From NCBI GenBank assembly GCA_964529035.1, contig CAZGUG010000002.1:19241-83240 (forward strand): a stretch of 64,000 nt of DNA, read 5' to 3'. The DNA is from an uncultured Clostridium sp. (GTDB lineage Bacteria; Bacillota; Clostridia; Ch29). Below the pieces are notes generated by a model. That model worked only from the letters and a program-made list of their open reading frames with translations. It ran no database searches and had not been told where the DNA came from. The position numbers were made by a program, and so were the translations under genes. How positions within the stretch are numbered: the first letter of the stretch is position 1; the number at the start of each line of letters is the position of its first letter. Below are positions 17,328-27,734 of this stretch, in pieces.

Positions 17328-18962
17328 ATGCTGGGAGAGAATATTATTCTGATTGGCATGCCCGGTTCAGGCAAAACTACTGTGGGAAAGGATTTGGCAA
17401 AACAGCTGGGCATGCCGTTTATTGATACGGATACTTTAATTGAACAGATAAGCGGCATGCCGATACCTGAAATATTTGCCGGTACCGGCGAAGAGAATTT
17501 CAGGTCAATTGAACGGGAAGCCATAAAGAAAATAGCAAAAATGCGAAACATTGTTGTGGCTACCGGTGGAGGTTCATGGTGCGATATAAAAAACCGCAGA
17601 AACCTGGTTAATGGAGGAAGGGTTTTCTTCCTTGACTGTCGGTTGGAAGAATTGTGGAACAGGCTGAATAACAGCCATACAACAAGGCCTCTGCTGTCAG
17701 AGGGGTTTGCCGGACTTGAAAGACTACACAAAATACGCCGGGGCTCCTACCTTCGTGCCCAACATATAATTGATACGTATCAAAAGACACCGGGGGAGGT
17801 TGCGGAAAGCATAGCAGCATATTATAAAAATGAATACAAAAAAAGCAGCCCTTCCATCATATATAACCGAAAGGTCACAGTTGGTTCCGAAGACTGTGAA
17901 TTTTTCGCGGGCATTGGTATACTGGACAGATTGGGCGGCTTTTTGAAAGGAAGGTATAGTGCCAAAGGTACAGCACCTAAACTGCTTATTGTAACAAATC
18001 CCTATGTTAATGCGTTATGCGGCGGCCGTATTATTGAATGCCTGGAAAGTTTCGGTTTTACAGCCGGTGTATTTGTTGTACCTGAAGGAGAGGCTTATAA
18101 AACGACCGAATGGGTACAAAAAATATACAGTCATCTTGTGAGTTTTGATTACGACAGGGGCGATGTAGTGCTTGCGCTGGGTGGAGGTGTAATCGGTGAC
18201 CTTGCAGGGTTTGCTGCAGCTACCTATATGCGCGGTATGGCGCTTGTGCAGCTGCCCACAACCCTTCTGGCACAGGTTGACAGCAGTATAGGCGGCAAAA
18301 CAGCGGTTAATTTACCGGAGGGGAAAAACCTGGTCGGAGCATTCCACCAGCCGGAAATGGTAGTATCGGATACCTGTTTACTAAAACACCTGTCAGAAAA
18401 GGACTACAGGCAGGGGCTTGCAGAGTGCGTAAAATACGGGCTTATAGATAATAAGGGGTTCTTTGAATTCCTGGAACAAAACCAATCCGACATTAGAAAC
18501 AGGCAGCCGCAAACACTGGGTATCATGACGGCCAAGTGCTGTGATATTAAGACGGATATTGTCCGAGAAGACGAGAAGGAACGCGGAGTACGGGCGATTC
18601 TCAACCTGGGACATACCGTGGGGCATGCCCTTGAAGCGGCGGCCGGGTACGGCAGCATCGGACACGGAGATGCGGTTGCACTGGGTATAAGGGTGAAGGT
18701 ATATATCAGCCTGAAAATGGGTTTTATGAACAAAAGGGATTATGACAGGGTGCTGGGCATGCTGGAGGGCTTCGAATTTCCTGCGGAGGCAGACGTTTTA
18801 CCTGACAGTGTAATGGTATTCATTACCAGGGACAAAAAGAAAAAAAGGGGCAGGATCTGGTTTGTCATGCCAAAGGGCATAGGCGGTGCGGAGCTTGTCC
18901 CGGATATACCTGAGAGGCTGCTTATGGAAGGGTTGGGGACCATAGGCATAAAACAGAGGTGA
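17328..18962 (+). CDS. aroK-aroB: Bifunctional shikimate kinase / 3-dehydroquinate synthase (AroK-AroB fusion)
   Basis: N-terminal Walker A GMPGSGKTTVGK (shikimate kinase), then C-terminal DHQS motifs GGGVIGDLAGFAAATYMRG...DSSIGGKTAVN. Confidence 0.85.
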   Translation: MLGENIILIGMPGSGKTTVGKDLAKQLGMPFIDTDTLIEQISGMPIPEIFAGTGEENFRSIEREAIKKIAKMRNIVVATGGGSWCDIKNRRNLVNGGRVFFLDCRLEELWNRLNNSHTTRPLLSEGFAGLERLHKIRRGSYLRAQHIIDTYQKTPGEVAESIAAYYKNEYKKSSPSIIYNRKVTVGSEDCEFFAGIGILDRLGGFLKGRYSAKGTAPKLLIVTNPYVNALCGGRIIECLESFGFTAGVFVVPEGEAYKTTEWVQKIYSHLVSFDYDRGDVVLALGGGVIGDLAGFAAATYMRGMALVQLPTTLLAQVDSSIGGKTAVNLPEGKNLVGAFHQPEMVVSDTCLLKHLSEKDYRQGLAECVKYGLIDNKGFFEFLEQNQSDIRNRQPQTLGIMTAKCCDIKTDIVREDEKERGVRAILNLGHTVGHALEAAAGYGSIGHGDAVALGIRVKVYISLKMGFMNKRDYDRVLGMLEGFEFPAEADVLPDSVMVFITRDKKKKRGRIWFVMPKGIGGAELVPDIPERLLMEGLGTIGIKQR

Positions 18963-18968
18963 ATTAAC

Positions 18969-19826
18969 ATGAACGGAATAAACACCGAAACAAAGCTGGT
19001 GGGGCTGCTGGGGTACCCATTATCCCACAGCCGCTCGGCGCAGATGCAAAACCATGCATTTAAATATTCGGGCCTGAATTTCTTATATCTTCCTATGGAG
19101 GTGGAGGAAGACGACCTCAAAGCTGTGGTGAATGGAATTAGAAGAATGAACTTTGCAGGGTTTAACGTGACTATTCCATACAAAACAAAGATAATGGAAT
19201 ACATTGACGAACTTGACGATTTGGCAGGGGTTATCGGTTCGGTAAACACCGCGGTGGTCAGGGAAAAATGTATAAAGGGTTACAACACCGATGGGGAAGG
19301 CTTTGTCCGCGGACTGGCCGAAACCGCAGGGTTATCGGTTAAGGGAAAGCAGGTGGTTGTACTGGGCAGCGGTGGTGCAGCCAGGGCTGTCACTATGACT
19401 CTTGCGGCACGGGGTGTGGACAGGCTTTTTATATGCAACAGGACCCGGGAAAAGGCAGATGGGTTAAGTCGTGAGATCAACGAAAAGATAAAAAACTGTG
19501 CAGCTGTTATTCCAATGGAAACAGAGGCTGTGAAAAAAGCGCTTAAGGGTACCGAAATATTAATAAATACGACCAGTATCGGCATGTATCCCAACCGGCA
19601 GCAAACGCCAATAGATATTGGACTGGTTGACAGCGGCACCGTGGTTTGCGATATTGTATACAATCCGGTACGAACCAGGCTGCTGTCCGAGGCATCACAA
19701 AAAGGCTGCGTCACTGTTGACGGGATCGGGATGCTGGTGAATCAGGGAGCCGAAGCCTTTAAACTGTGGACAGGACTAAAAGCCCCGGTAAAGGAAATGT
19801 ATAGGGTGCTTGCAAATGAAGGTTAA
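18969..19826 (+). CDS. aroE: Shikimate dehydrogenase
   Basis: LVGLLGYPLSHSRS followed by the NADP-binding motif GSGGAARA. Confidence 0.85.
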   Translation: MNGINTETKLVGLLGYPLSHSRSAQMQNHAFKYSGLNFLYLPMEVEEDDLKAVVNGIRRMNFAGFNVTIPYKTKIMEYIDELDDLAGVIGSVNTAVVREKCIKGYNTDGEGFVRGLAETAGLSVKGKQVVVLGSGGAARAVTMTLAARGVDRLFICNRTREKADGLSREINEKIKNCAAVIPMETEAVKKALKGTEILINTTSIGMYPNRQQTPIDIGLVDSGTVVCDIVYNPVRTRLLSEASQKGCVTVDGIGMLVNQGAEAFKLWTGLKAPVKEMYRVLANEG

Positions 19827-19872
19827 ACGAATTTAAGGCTGATGCAGCAAATACAAAAAAGGATGTGGTTGG

Positions 19873-20733
19873 ATGGGAATACGGTTCGGACCGGCGGGCA
19901 ATTCACTGTCTTTTTATCAGCAGGGATATAAATCATCGGTGGAGGCACCGGGTTGGCTGGCGAAAAGGGGGCTTTCGGCCTATGAATACTCGTGCACCAA
20001 GGGAGTTAAGATTAAGGAGGATACGGCGGCAAGAATCGGCGAAGAGGCCTATAAGAACGACATAGCCCTCAGCATACACGCCCCATATTTTGTGAATATG
20101 GCCAGCAGTGACCCGAAAAAAAGGCGCAAATCGACCGAGTACATATTGCAGAGCATGCAGGCGGCACGGTGGATGGGTGCAAAACGGGTGGTTTTTCATC
20201 CCGGGTCCTGCGGTAAAACCGAAAGGAAAATGGCTTTGGCCACAGCAATGGAAACCCTGAAGCGTACCATAGAAGAAGCGGACAGGTGCGGCTTCGGAGA
20301 TATTGTGCTTTGTCCGGAAACGCTGGGCAAGAAAAACCAGCTGGGCAGCCTGGATGAGGTACTGGAAATGTGCCTGCTGGATAAAAGGCTGATGCCTGCG
20401 GTAGACTTCGGACACATTCACGCCTATACCGGTGGAGGGCTGAATAGCAGCAGCGAATATGCAGCGGTTGTGGAATCAATAGAAAATGTGCTTGGATGGC
20501 AATACGTCAAAAGCCTTCATGTGCATTTTAGCAGGGTGGAATATACAAAAGGCGGCGAAAAAAAACACTGGACATTCGCGGATACGCAGTACGGCCCTGA
20601 ATTTGAACCACTTGCAAGAGTATTGGCAAAAAAGAAAATGGAGCCGGTTATCATCTGCGAATCCCGCGGTACCATGGCGGAGGATGCCTGTGAAATGAAA
20701 GAAATATTTGAAAGGATGCGTAAAGAAATGTGA
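19873..20733 (+). CDS. TIM-barrel AP-endonuclease family 2 / xylose-isomerase-like protein (Nfo-like)
   Basis: MGIRFGPAGNS...SIHAPYFVNMAS...FHPG, consistent with the endonuclease IV-like fold. The assignment is by motif only. Confidence 0.45.
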   Translation: MGIRFGPAGNSLSFYQQGYKSSVEAPGWLAKRGLSAYEYSCTKGVKIKEDTAARIGEEAYKNDIALSIHAPYFVNMASSDPKKRRKSTEYILQSMQAARWMGAKRVVFHPGSCGKTERKMALATAMETLKRTIEEADRCGFGDIVLCPETLGKKNQLGSLDEVLEMCLLDKRLMPAVDFGHIHAYTGGGLNSSSEYAAVVESIENVLGWQYVKSLHVHFSRVEYTKGGEKKHWTFADTQYGPEFEPLARVLAKKKMEPVIICESRGTMAEDACEMKEIFERMRKEM

Positions 20734-20817
20734 TTTTGCTATTAATAGGTTGAATATTATGGTAATATAAAGAGGGGAAATTTATAAATACCGAAAAACC
20801 CGGGTGCAGGGGGAGTA

Positions 20818-21888
20818 TTGTTGGACAAAAGGCATAACAGGGTAAAAAATTTACTTGCTGAAGAAGAGCTTGACGGAATATTGGTCTTAAGTCCCGCAAA
20901 CAGAAGATATTTAAGCGGATTTACCGGTACAGCGGGATGTCTGCTGATTACGAATGCAGTTTATCTGATTCTTGCGGATTCCAGATATACCGAGCAGGCG
21001 AAGAAGCAGTGCTCCCGTTTTAAGGTAATACAGATTCAGGAGAATATATGGGACAGCCTTAATGGTGTCCTGAAGGATTATAAAGTGAAAAATGTCGGCT
21101 TTGAGGACGGGTTTGTAACGTGCCGGCAGTACGGCAGGATGACAGAAAAACTTGACGGTGCCTATCTTGTACCGCTTGGAGACAGACTGGACAAAATCAG
21201 GATGGTTAAAGACCGGGAAGAGATTGAGAATATAAGGACGGCTGCCAGAATCTGCGAGCGTGCTCTTTTGCATGTTAAGCCTCTTGTTAAGCCCGGGACG
21301 GTGGAAAAGGATATTTCGCTTGAACTGGAGTTTTATATAAGAAGGGCCGGCTGCAGCGGGCCCGCCTTCGAATTTATTGTGGCGTCCGGTCCGAGATCCG
21401 CTCTTCCACACGGGACAGCCGGCTCTAGAAGGATAAGGGACGGGGATTTGGTTGTTATAGATTTAGGAGGGAAATACAACGGCTATTGTTCTGATATGAC
21501 AAGGACCTTTGTGGTAGGAAGGCCAAATCCAAAACAAAAAGAGATATATGATACGGTTTTAATTGCACAAACCCTTGCCCTTAACGGGATTAAGGCCGGT
21601 ATGACAGCAAGCGGGGCAGACGGAATAGCAAGGGAAATAATAGAAAGGGCCGGGTACGGCGAATACTTCGGGCACGGGCTTGGTCACGGGGTGGGGTTGC
21701 AGATACATGAAGCACCTACTTTGAACCAAAGATGCGATACTGTCCTTGAACCGGGAATGGTTGTTACGGTGGAACCGGGTATTTATGTTCCGGACTTTGG
21801 AGGAGTGCGCATAGAGGACCTGGTAATGGTTGCGGAAGACGGCATAGAGAATTTAAACAGTGCCGACAAGGAATTAACGTATTTTTAG
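20818..21888 (+). CDS. Xaa-Pro aminopeptidase / dipeptidase (M24B)
   Basis: Pita-bread metal ligands HGLGHGVGLQIHE, about 356 aa. Start is TTG. Confidence 0.8.
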   Translation: MLDKRHNRVKNLLAEEELDGILVLSPANRRYLSGFTGTAGCLLITNAVYLILADSRYTEQAKKQCSRFKVIQIQENIWDSLNGVLKDYKVKNVGFEDGFVTCRQYGRMTEKLDGAYLVPLGDRLDKIRMVKDREEIENIRTAARICERALLHVKPLVKPGTVEKDISLELEFYIRRAGCSGPAFEFIVASGPRSALPHGTAGSRRIRDGDLVVIDLGGKYNGYCSDMTRTFVVGRPNPKQKEIYDTVLIAQTLALNGIKAGMTASGADGIAREIIERAGYGEYFGHGLGHGVGLQIHEAPTLNQRCDTVLEPGMVVTVEPGIYVPDFGGVRIEDLVMVAEDGIENLNSADKELTYF

Positions 21889-21925
21889 TATCTGATAGAT
21901 ATTATACATAACAGGAGGGAGAGAA

Positions 21926-22483
21926 ATGATTTCAGCAGGAGATTTCCGAAAAGGGATCACCTTCGAGATGGACGGGCAGGTTTACCAGGTGCTGGATTTT
22001 CAGCATGTGAAGCCGGGTAAGGGAGCGGCATTTGTCAGGACAAAGTATAAAAACATTGTGACCGGTGCTACCCAGGAAAGGGCTTTTAATCCGTCGGACA
22101 GGTTTCCGAAGGCCCATATAGAAACAAAGGAGATGCAGTACCTGTATGACGACGGCGACCTGTATTATTTCATGGACACACAGACCTTTGAGCAAATACC
22201 CCTAAGCAGGGATAAGGTGGAGGGCGCCATACTTTATATAAGGCCCAACGATATGGCGACGGTTAGGTTTTACAAGGGAGATGCTTTCTCCGTTGAGCCC
22301 CCAAACTTCGTTACGCTGAAGGTTGTGGAAACAGAACCGGGTTTCAAGGGGGACACAGCCCAGAGCACATACAAACCTGCCAAGTTGGAAACCGGGGCGG
22401 TGGTACAGGTACCACTGTTTGTAGAAAACGGGGAAGTTATTAGGATAGATACCCGTACCGGGGAGTATATGTCAAGGGTTTAG
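21926..22483 (+). CDS. efp: Elongation factor P
   Basis: 185 aa with the conserved KPGKG loop. Confidence 0.9.
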   Translation: MISAGDFRKGITFEMDGQVYQVLDFQHVKPGKGAAFVRTKYKNIVTGATQERAFNPSDRFPKAHIETKEMQYLYDDGDLYYFMDTQTFEQIPLSRDKVEGAILYIRPNDMATVRFYKGDAFSVEPPNFVTLKVVETEPGFKGDTAQSTYKPAKLETGAVVQVPLFVENGEVIRIDTRTGEYMSRV

Positions 22484-22530
22484 GGTAATAATAGGAATAG
22501 CCAATTACAAATTAGAGGGAGGTTGGTAAA

Positions 22531-22962
22531 ATGAAATACCTATATGAAAGAGTTTCTTACTTAAGGGGTCTTACGGACGGTCTGCAGATAAGCGAGGACA
22601 CAAAGGAAGGAAAACTATTCATGCAAATTGTAGACGTGCTGGAAGAATTTGCTGATGCTGTGAACGAACTGGCTGAAGTCCATGATGAACTTGATGAATA
22701 CGTGGAATGTATAGATGAAGACCTGGCAGAAGTTGAAGAAGAGGTCTTTGACGATTACTACTACGACGACTATGAGGACTATGACGAGGGAGAAGAATTC
22801 GTTGAAGTGGAGTGTCCCCACTGCGATCATACGGTATTCGTGGAAGAAGAAGTTATTGAAGACAATGACGCCGATATAATCTGCCCCAACTGTCACGAGC
22901 CAATCTACCTGGAATTTGAGGAAGAAGAGGACGACGATGACGAAGAGGACGATGAAGAATAA
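22531..22962 (+). CDS. Highly acidic protein with a CxxC...CxxC zinc ribbon
   Basis: ECPHCDH ... CPNCHEP embedded in D/E-rich sequence. The position between efp and spoIIIAA is conserved in Clostridia. Confidence 0.5.
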   Translation: MKYLYERVSYLRGLTDGLQISEDTKEGKLFMQIVDVLEEFADAVNELAEVHDELDEYVECIDEDLAEVEEEVFDDYYYDDYEDYDEGEEFVEVECPHCDHTVFVEEEVIEDNDADIICPNCHEPIYLEFEEEEDDDDEEDDEE

Positions 22963-22978
22963 GAAACGATAAAAAAAG

Positions 22979-23009
22979 AACGGTGCCTGGAATGCACCGT
23001 TTTTTTTTG
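22979..23009 (+). terminator. Rho-independent terminator
   Basis: Stem aacggtgc / gcaccgtt followed by T9. Confidence 0.7.
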
Positions 23010-23091
23010 CGCAAAATCCCGAATCAAATTTAAGACATATTGTGAGCGGAGTATAAATATTAATTATATAGGAAAGGGGGACAGGTCTGTT

Positions 23092-24135
23092 ATGCATACC
23101 TATGAAAAAACCAGGCACATACCAGAAAGGGTCTGGAGGGAAGAGAAAGGGGGAAGGAAAAGGTACAAATACATATTCGATTCACTGCCTGTCAATATCA
23201 GAAACATGATACAGAGGTTGTCTTTTGGTGAGTTGGAATGTATCGAGGAGTTCCGTCTAAAGGCTGATGCGCCGTTTATTGTTTATGGCGCCGGTGACAG
23301 CGCATATATTACAGCGGAAGGAAGGATATGCAGTGACAGGGGTAGGGCGTATATTGTCACGGCTGAGGATGCGGCAAAGGCGCTGCAGCTTATGTGCGAC
23401 TGTTCTGTTTATTCGATAGAGGATGAACTAAAGAATGGATACATAACAATCCGGGGAGGCCATAGGATTGGCGTTGTGGGGAAGGTGGTGACCGAAGGAG
23501 GCCGGGTCAAAACCATTAAAGACGTATCCGGGCTCAATATCAGGATTTCCAGGCAGGTAATCGGCTGCAGCAGCAACCTGCTTCCCAGACTAATAAGGGA
23601 CAAAGGCAGCGTATATAATACCCTGATTGTATCACCGCCACAGTGCGGAAAGACCACTCTTTTGAGGGATATCATAAGACAGTTAAGCGACGGGGTACCC
23701 TCTTTGGGGTTTGAGGGAATAAAGGTTGGAGTTGTGGATGAGAGGTCGGAACTGGCTGGGTGTTACAAGGGAATTCCGCAGAACGATTTGGGTATAAGGA
23801 CAGATATTTTGGATGCCTGTCCTAAGGCCCAGGGAATGATGATGCTCATAAGGTCAATGTCCCCCGGGGTTATAGCCACAGACGAACTGGGGAGGCCCGA
23901 GGACCTTGTTTCGATACAGGAAGCGATAAACGCCGGGGTAAACGTTATTACCACCGTTCACGGCTGGAACACAAAGGATATTATGAAAAAACCGGTAATA
24001 GGAAAGCTTATGAAAGGCGGAGTGTTCGAGAGGGTTGTAGTGCTCAGCAGAAGAAAAGGCCCCGGAACCATAGAAGAGATAGTTGATTCTGTAGAGTGCC
24101 AAAAACTGTCCGGATTGGGGGGATGCCAGGAATGA
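23092..24135 (+). CDS. spoIIIAA: Stage III sporulation protein AA (ATPase)
   Basis: Walker A PPQCGKTTLLRD at SpoIIIAA length. Confidence 0.85.
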   Translation: MHTYEKTRHIPERVWREEKGGRKRYKYIFDSLPVNIRNMIQRLSFGELECIEEFRLKADAPFIVYGAGDSAYITAEGRICSDRGRAYIVTAEDAAKALQLMCDCSVYSIEDELKNGYITIRGGHRIGVVGKVVTEGGRVKTIKDVSGLNIRISRQVIGCSSNLLPRLIRDKGSVYNTLIVSPPQCGKTTLLRDIIRQLSDGVPSLGFEGIKVGVVDERSELAGCYKGIPQNDLGIRTDILDACPKAQGMMMLIRSMSPGVIATDELGRPEDLVSIQEAINAGVNVITTVHGWNTKDIMKKPVIGKLMKGGVFERVVVLSRRKGPGTIEEIVDSVECQKLSGLGGCQE

Positions 24136-24653
24136 TTATTAAGATATTTGGCTGTCTGGTAATAATGACCTGTGCTACCTCGGCGGGGTTCTTGATGGCA
24201 AACGGTTACAAGAAAAGGGTTTGGGAGCTGAGGGCCTTTCAACAGGCTCTACAGGTTCTTGAAAGCGAAATCTTGTATACTTCCACGCCGCTGCCGCAGG
24301 CTGTGGATAAAACTGCCCACAGTACGGAAGCACCTGTTAACCGCATTTTTTTTGATGTGGGACAGATTTTGGAGGAAAGAAAAGGATATACTGCCGGAGA
24401 AGCCTGGTGCACCGCCGTCGACAGAAACAGGGACATCTTAAGCCTTGACTGTGAGGACTTGCAGATAATCCGCAGTTTCGGGAAAAACCTCGGTTCAATA
24501 GACAAGGAGAACCAGGAAAAAAGCTTTAAATTGGCAAAATATCAGCTTAAGGCGCAGCAAGCTAAGGCGGAGGAAGAGCGCAGCAAAAATGAAAGGCTGT
24601 ATAAAAACCTCGGATTCCTGCTGGGAGCAGCGCTTGTGATACTTCTTATCTGA
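24132..24653 (+). CDS. spoIIIAB: Stage III sporulation protein AB
   Basis: ATGA overlap with spoIIIAA. Alignable with B. subtilis SpoIIIAB (…RAFQQALQVLESEILYTSTPL). Confidence 0.8.
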   Translation: MIIKIFGCLVIMTCATSAGFLMANGYKKRVWELRAFQQALQVLESEILYTSTPLPQAVDKTAHSTEAPVNRIFFDVGQILEERKGYTAGEAWCTAVDRNRDILSLDCEDLQIIRSFGKNLGSIDKENQEKSFKLAKYQLKAQQAKAEEERSKNERLYKNLGFLLGAALVILLI

Positions 24654-24667
24654 GAGGAGGAAGGGGC

Positions 24668-24865
24668 ATGGATGTTAACATAATATTCAAGATCGGGGCT
24701 ATTGGTATACTGGTGGCAGCGCTTTATCTTGTGCTCAAGAATACAGGCAGGGAGGAACTGGCCCTGATGGCGGCTCTGGGCGGGCTGGTGGTGGTGCTGA
24801 TGATGGTGATTACCCTAATAAACGAACTGTTCAATAATGTGAGGGCATTGTTTCAGCTGTACTAA
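24668..24865 (+). CDS. spoIIIAC: Stage III sporulation protein AC
   Basis: 65 aa with two transmembrane segments. Confidence 0.8.
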   Translation: MDVNIIFKIGAIGILVAALYLVLKNTGREELALMAALGGLVVVLMMVITLINELFNNVRALFQLY

Positions 24866-24879
24866 AGGATGGGATAGAA

Positions 24880-25266
24880 TTGGAAATTGTGCAGATTGTG
24901 GCAATAAGTATTATAGCTGTAATTCTGGTAGTCCTGATTAGACAGTACAGGCCCGAAATTGCACTGCAAATTAGTGTCGTGACGGGTTTATTGATATTTT
25001 TGCTAATCATATTTAAGCTTGCTTCGGTGCTTGAGGAGCTGCAGATGTTCTCAAGACAGATAAACATAGACCTTGTATATATTTCAACGATTTTCAGGAT
25101 AGTGGGAATAGCATATATAGCAGAATTCGGCGCCCAGGTTTGCAAGGACGCTGGCGAAAATGCCATTGCATCCAAGATAGAGCTTGCCGGGAAGGTTATT
25201 ATTCTTGTTCTGGCGGTACCAATCCTGATGGCGCTGATGGACCTGATAAAAAACATAATATCCTGA
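24880..25266 (+). CDS. spoIIIAD: Stage III sporulation protein AD
   Basis: 128 aa, four transmembrane segments. Confidence 0.8.
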   Translation: MEIVQIVAISIIAVILVVLIRQYRPEIALQISVVTGLLIFLLIIFKLASVLEELQMFSRQINIDLVYISTIFRIVGIAYIAEFGAQVCKDAGENAIASKIELAGKVIILVLAVPILMALMDLIKNIIS

Positions 25267-25279
25267 GGGAGGAAGCCTG

Positions 25280-26464
25280 ATGAAGAAGTGGATGAGAGTG
25301 GTACTGCTGATAACGGTAGTTTCAATATGTACTCCTGCATGTGCGGGTGCCGCCGGTGATGCGGCAGGAGAAAACATTGGGGTTTTGGAGAGTCAATTGG
25401 ACAAATTGGAATTGGACGATATTCAGGGTATTCTGGACAGTTTGAACAATGAGACGGCGCAGTACATGAAACCTATAAATGCGAGGGAGTTCATAAAGGG
25501 GCTTGTAACGGGAAATATAAGCATATCTGCCGGGGAGATAATTGCGGGTATTGGCAGATACCTGTTTGCCCAGGTGCTTGTTAACATCAACCTGCTTGCA
25601 AAGCTTGTAATCCTGTCTATTGTATATGCAATACTGAGCAATATACAGGATTCCTTTGGAAACGGGATGGTGAGCGAACTGGCAAAACTGGCCTGTATGC
25701 TGGTACTCACCGCCGTTGCAATACAGAGTTTTTCGGCGGCTTTAAGCATCGGTTCCCAAACAATAGACAGCATGGTTAAATTCATGCAGTTTTTCCTTCC
25801 CACCCTTTTGGCGCTGCTGGCGGTTATGGGGGGCATCACTTCCATGGCCCTTTTACAACCGATTATTGCGGTATCAATAGGTTTTTTCAGTACTGTTTTT
25901 AAGAATTTTCTGCTGCCGGTTATATTTCTATCAGCTGTTCTTGCCATTGTGAACAACCTGTCCGAAAAATTTCACCTGTCCAGGCTGTCAACTCTGCTTA
26001 AACAGGGCTGTGTAGCATTTATTGGTCTTGTTCTTACCGTGTTTATCGGTCTTATGACCATACAGGGAGTGACGGCGGCTACCATAGACGGGGTTTCGAT
26101 ACGGACTGCGAAATTTGCAGCGGACAGTTTCATACCGATCATAGGCGGTTTTCTTGCGGATGCGGTGGACACAATAGTAGGCTGTTCACTGCTTATTAAA
26201 AACGCGGTGGGAGCTTTCGGGCTGGTTGCACTGTTTGTTATGGTAGCGTTTCCAATACTAAAAATTATATCCCTGGTACTGATATATAAGATCTGTGCAG
26301 CAGTAATTGAACCGATAGCCGGGGGACAGCTTGTAAACTGTCTAAACGAAATGGCCGGAAGCCTTCTTTTGTTGTTTGCTACGGTGGCCTCGGTGGCACT
26401 GATGTTTTTTGTTTCGGTAACCATTATAATCGGGGCGGGAAACGCTGCCCTGATGATGAGGTAG
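25280..26464 (+). CDS. spoIIIAE: Stage III sporulation protein AE
   Basis: Signal peptide followed by a polytopic membrane protein of ~394 aa. Confidence 0.8.
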   Translation: MKKWMRVVLLITVVSICTPACAGAAGDAAGENIGVLESQLDKLELDDIQGILDSLNNETAQYMKPINAREFIKGLVTGNISISAGEIIAGIGRYLFAQVLVNINLLAKLVILSIVYAILSNIQDSFGNGMVSELAKLACMLVLTAVAIQSFSAALSIGSQTIDSMVKFMQFFLPTLLALLAVMGGITSMALLQPIIAVSIGFFSTVFKNFLLPVIFLSAVLAIVNNLSEKFHLSRLSTLLKQGCVAFIGLVLTVFIGLMTIQGVTAATIDGVSIRTAKFAADSFIPIIGGFLADAVDTIVGCSLLIKNAVGAFGLVALFVMVAFPILKIISLVLIYKICAAVIEPIAGGQLVNCLNEMAGSLLLLFATVASVALMFFVSVTIIIGAGNAALMMR

Positions 26465-26472
26465 GTGCTGGC

Positions 26473-27099
26473 ATGCAGTTTTTTGAAGGCTGGGTTTTGA
26501 ATATAGTTGCAGCCATTATTTTTGTTATTATAATCGAGATTATTCTGCCGGGCGGCAGCACAAGAAAATATATTAGCCTGGTAACGGGGCTTATGGTGAT
26601 GTTTGTTATAATTAATCCCTTTGTGCATTTGATGTCGGGCGGTTACGATTTGGATTTGATATCATCCGAAATGTCACGGGCAATCGCTGTAAGGGATGTG
26701 GAAAATCAGGCGAAAAAACTGAAAGAGGGCAGCAGAGAAGGATTGACGGTATTATATAAAAACAACCTTGAGCAGGGAGTGGCAAGACAGGTTATTGATG
26801 CAGGTTTTGCCGGACAGGTGCGGGCAAATGTTGAGGTAGATGAAAATTACGAGAGTGAAAGCTTTGGAAGTATTCTTGGAATAAGGGTGGTGGTTGACGA
26901 TACAGGGCAAAAGGAGGATGCCGGCATTAAAAAGGTGGATAGAATTACAGTAAAGGTATTCAAAGACACTGAGGAAGAGAATGCGGTTGAAGCTGCAGGT
27001 ACAGATAGCGACCTGGCGGAGGAAATAAAGGGTTTTCTTTCCCAAATATACGGTTTGCCGGGCCAAAGGATAGATGTAACGCTGCGGGGTGAAGATTAA
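26473..27099 (+). CDS. spoIIIAF: Stage III sporulation protein AF
   Basis: Two N-terminal transmembrane segments plus a soluble domain; operon position. Confidence 0.7.
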   Translation: MQFFEGWVLNIVAAIIFVIIIEIILPGGSTRKYISLVTGLMVMFVIINPFVHLMSGGYDLDLISSEMSRAIAVRDVENQAKKLKEGSREGLTVLYKNNLEQGVARQVIDAGFAGQVRANVEVDENYESESFGSILGIRVVVDDTGQKEDAGIKKVDRITVKVFKDTEEENAVEAAGTDSDLAEEIKGFLSQIYGLPGQRIDVTLRGED

Positions 27100-27116
27100 A
27101 GGAGGGTTGAAAATAT

Positions 27117-27704
27117 ATGGATTTAAACAGTATAAAAGAAAAACTGTACAATATGGGAAATAAAAAGCTGTTTCAAAATCTGCTCATTGTCTGCCTTGTT
27201 GCGGCTATAGTTGTCATCTCCGCCGACACTTTTTTTAGCAATAATAAGCCAAGTAGAAATAGTATTGAGGAAACAGACATACAATTTAATATACAGACCG
27301 ATTCGGCAGTTACATATGAAGAACAGTTGGAAAAGAAACTTAAAGGTATACTGGAACAAATCTCCGGTGTGGGCGAAGTATCTGTAATGGTAACCCTGAA
27401 CACTGGCAGAGAGGTAATTCCTGCGACAAACACGATAGAAACCTCCAGCGAAACCAATGAGAGGGATGGTGACGGGGGAACCAGGACAGTTACGCAGAAC
27501 AGTGTTGACAGAAAGATTGTGCTGAAAAACAACGTAAGTGTGGAAGACCAGCCTTTGATAGTCAAGGAGGTTATGCCGGAGGTTAAGGGAGTAATTGTGG
27601 TGGCACAGGGAGCGGAGAGAGTGGAGGTGGCTGCCCGGCTGACCGAAGCGGTGCAGACTGTTTTAGGGATACCCGCATTCAGGGTAAAGGTTTATCCAAA
27701 ATAA
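27117..27704 (+). CDS. spoIIIAG: Stage III sporulation protein AG
   Basis: N-terminal transmembrane segment and a C-terminal ring-building motif domain. Confidence 0.75.
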   Translation: MDLNSIKEKLYNMGNKKLFQNLLIVCLVAAIVVISADTFFSNNKPSRNSIEETDIQFNIQTDSAVTYEEQLEKKLKGILEQISGVGEVSVMVTLNTGREVIPATNTIETSSETNERDGDGGTRTVTQNSVDRKIVLKNNVSVEDQPLIVKEVMPEVKGVIVVAQGAERVEVAARLTEAVQTVLGIPAFRVKVYPK

Positions 27705-27734
27705 AAAGATATCTAAAAGGGGAGGAATAGTGAT

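Noticed and set aside
22990-23090. A sigma-E promoter for spoIIIA (CATATT ... AATATT)
   Set aside because: A -35-like CATATT is present, but the -10 does not match CATACA-T convincingly. It is left unannotated.
25972-26628. 218-aa ORF on the minus strand
   Set aside because: It is antisense to spoIIIAE and spoIIIAF, which are strongly supported by operon order and homology.
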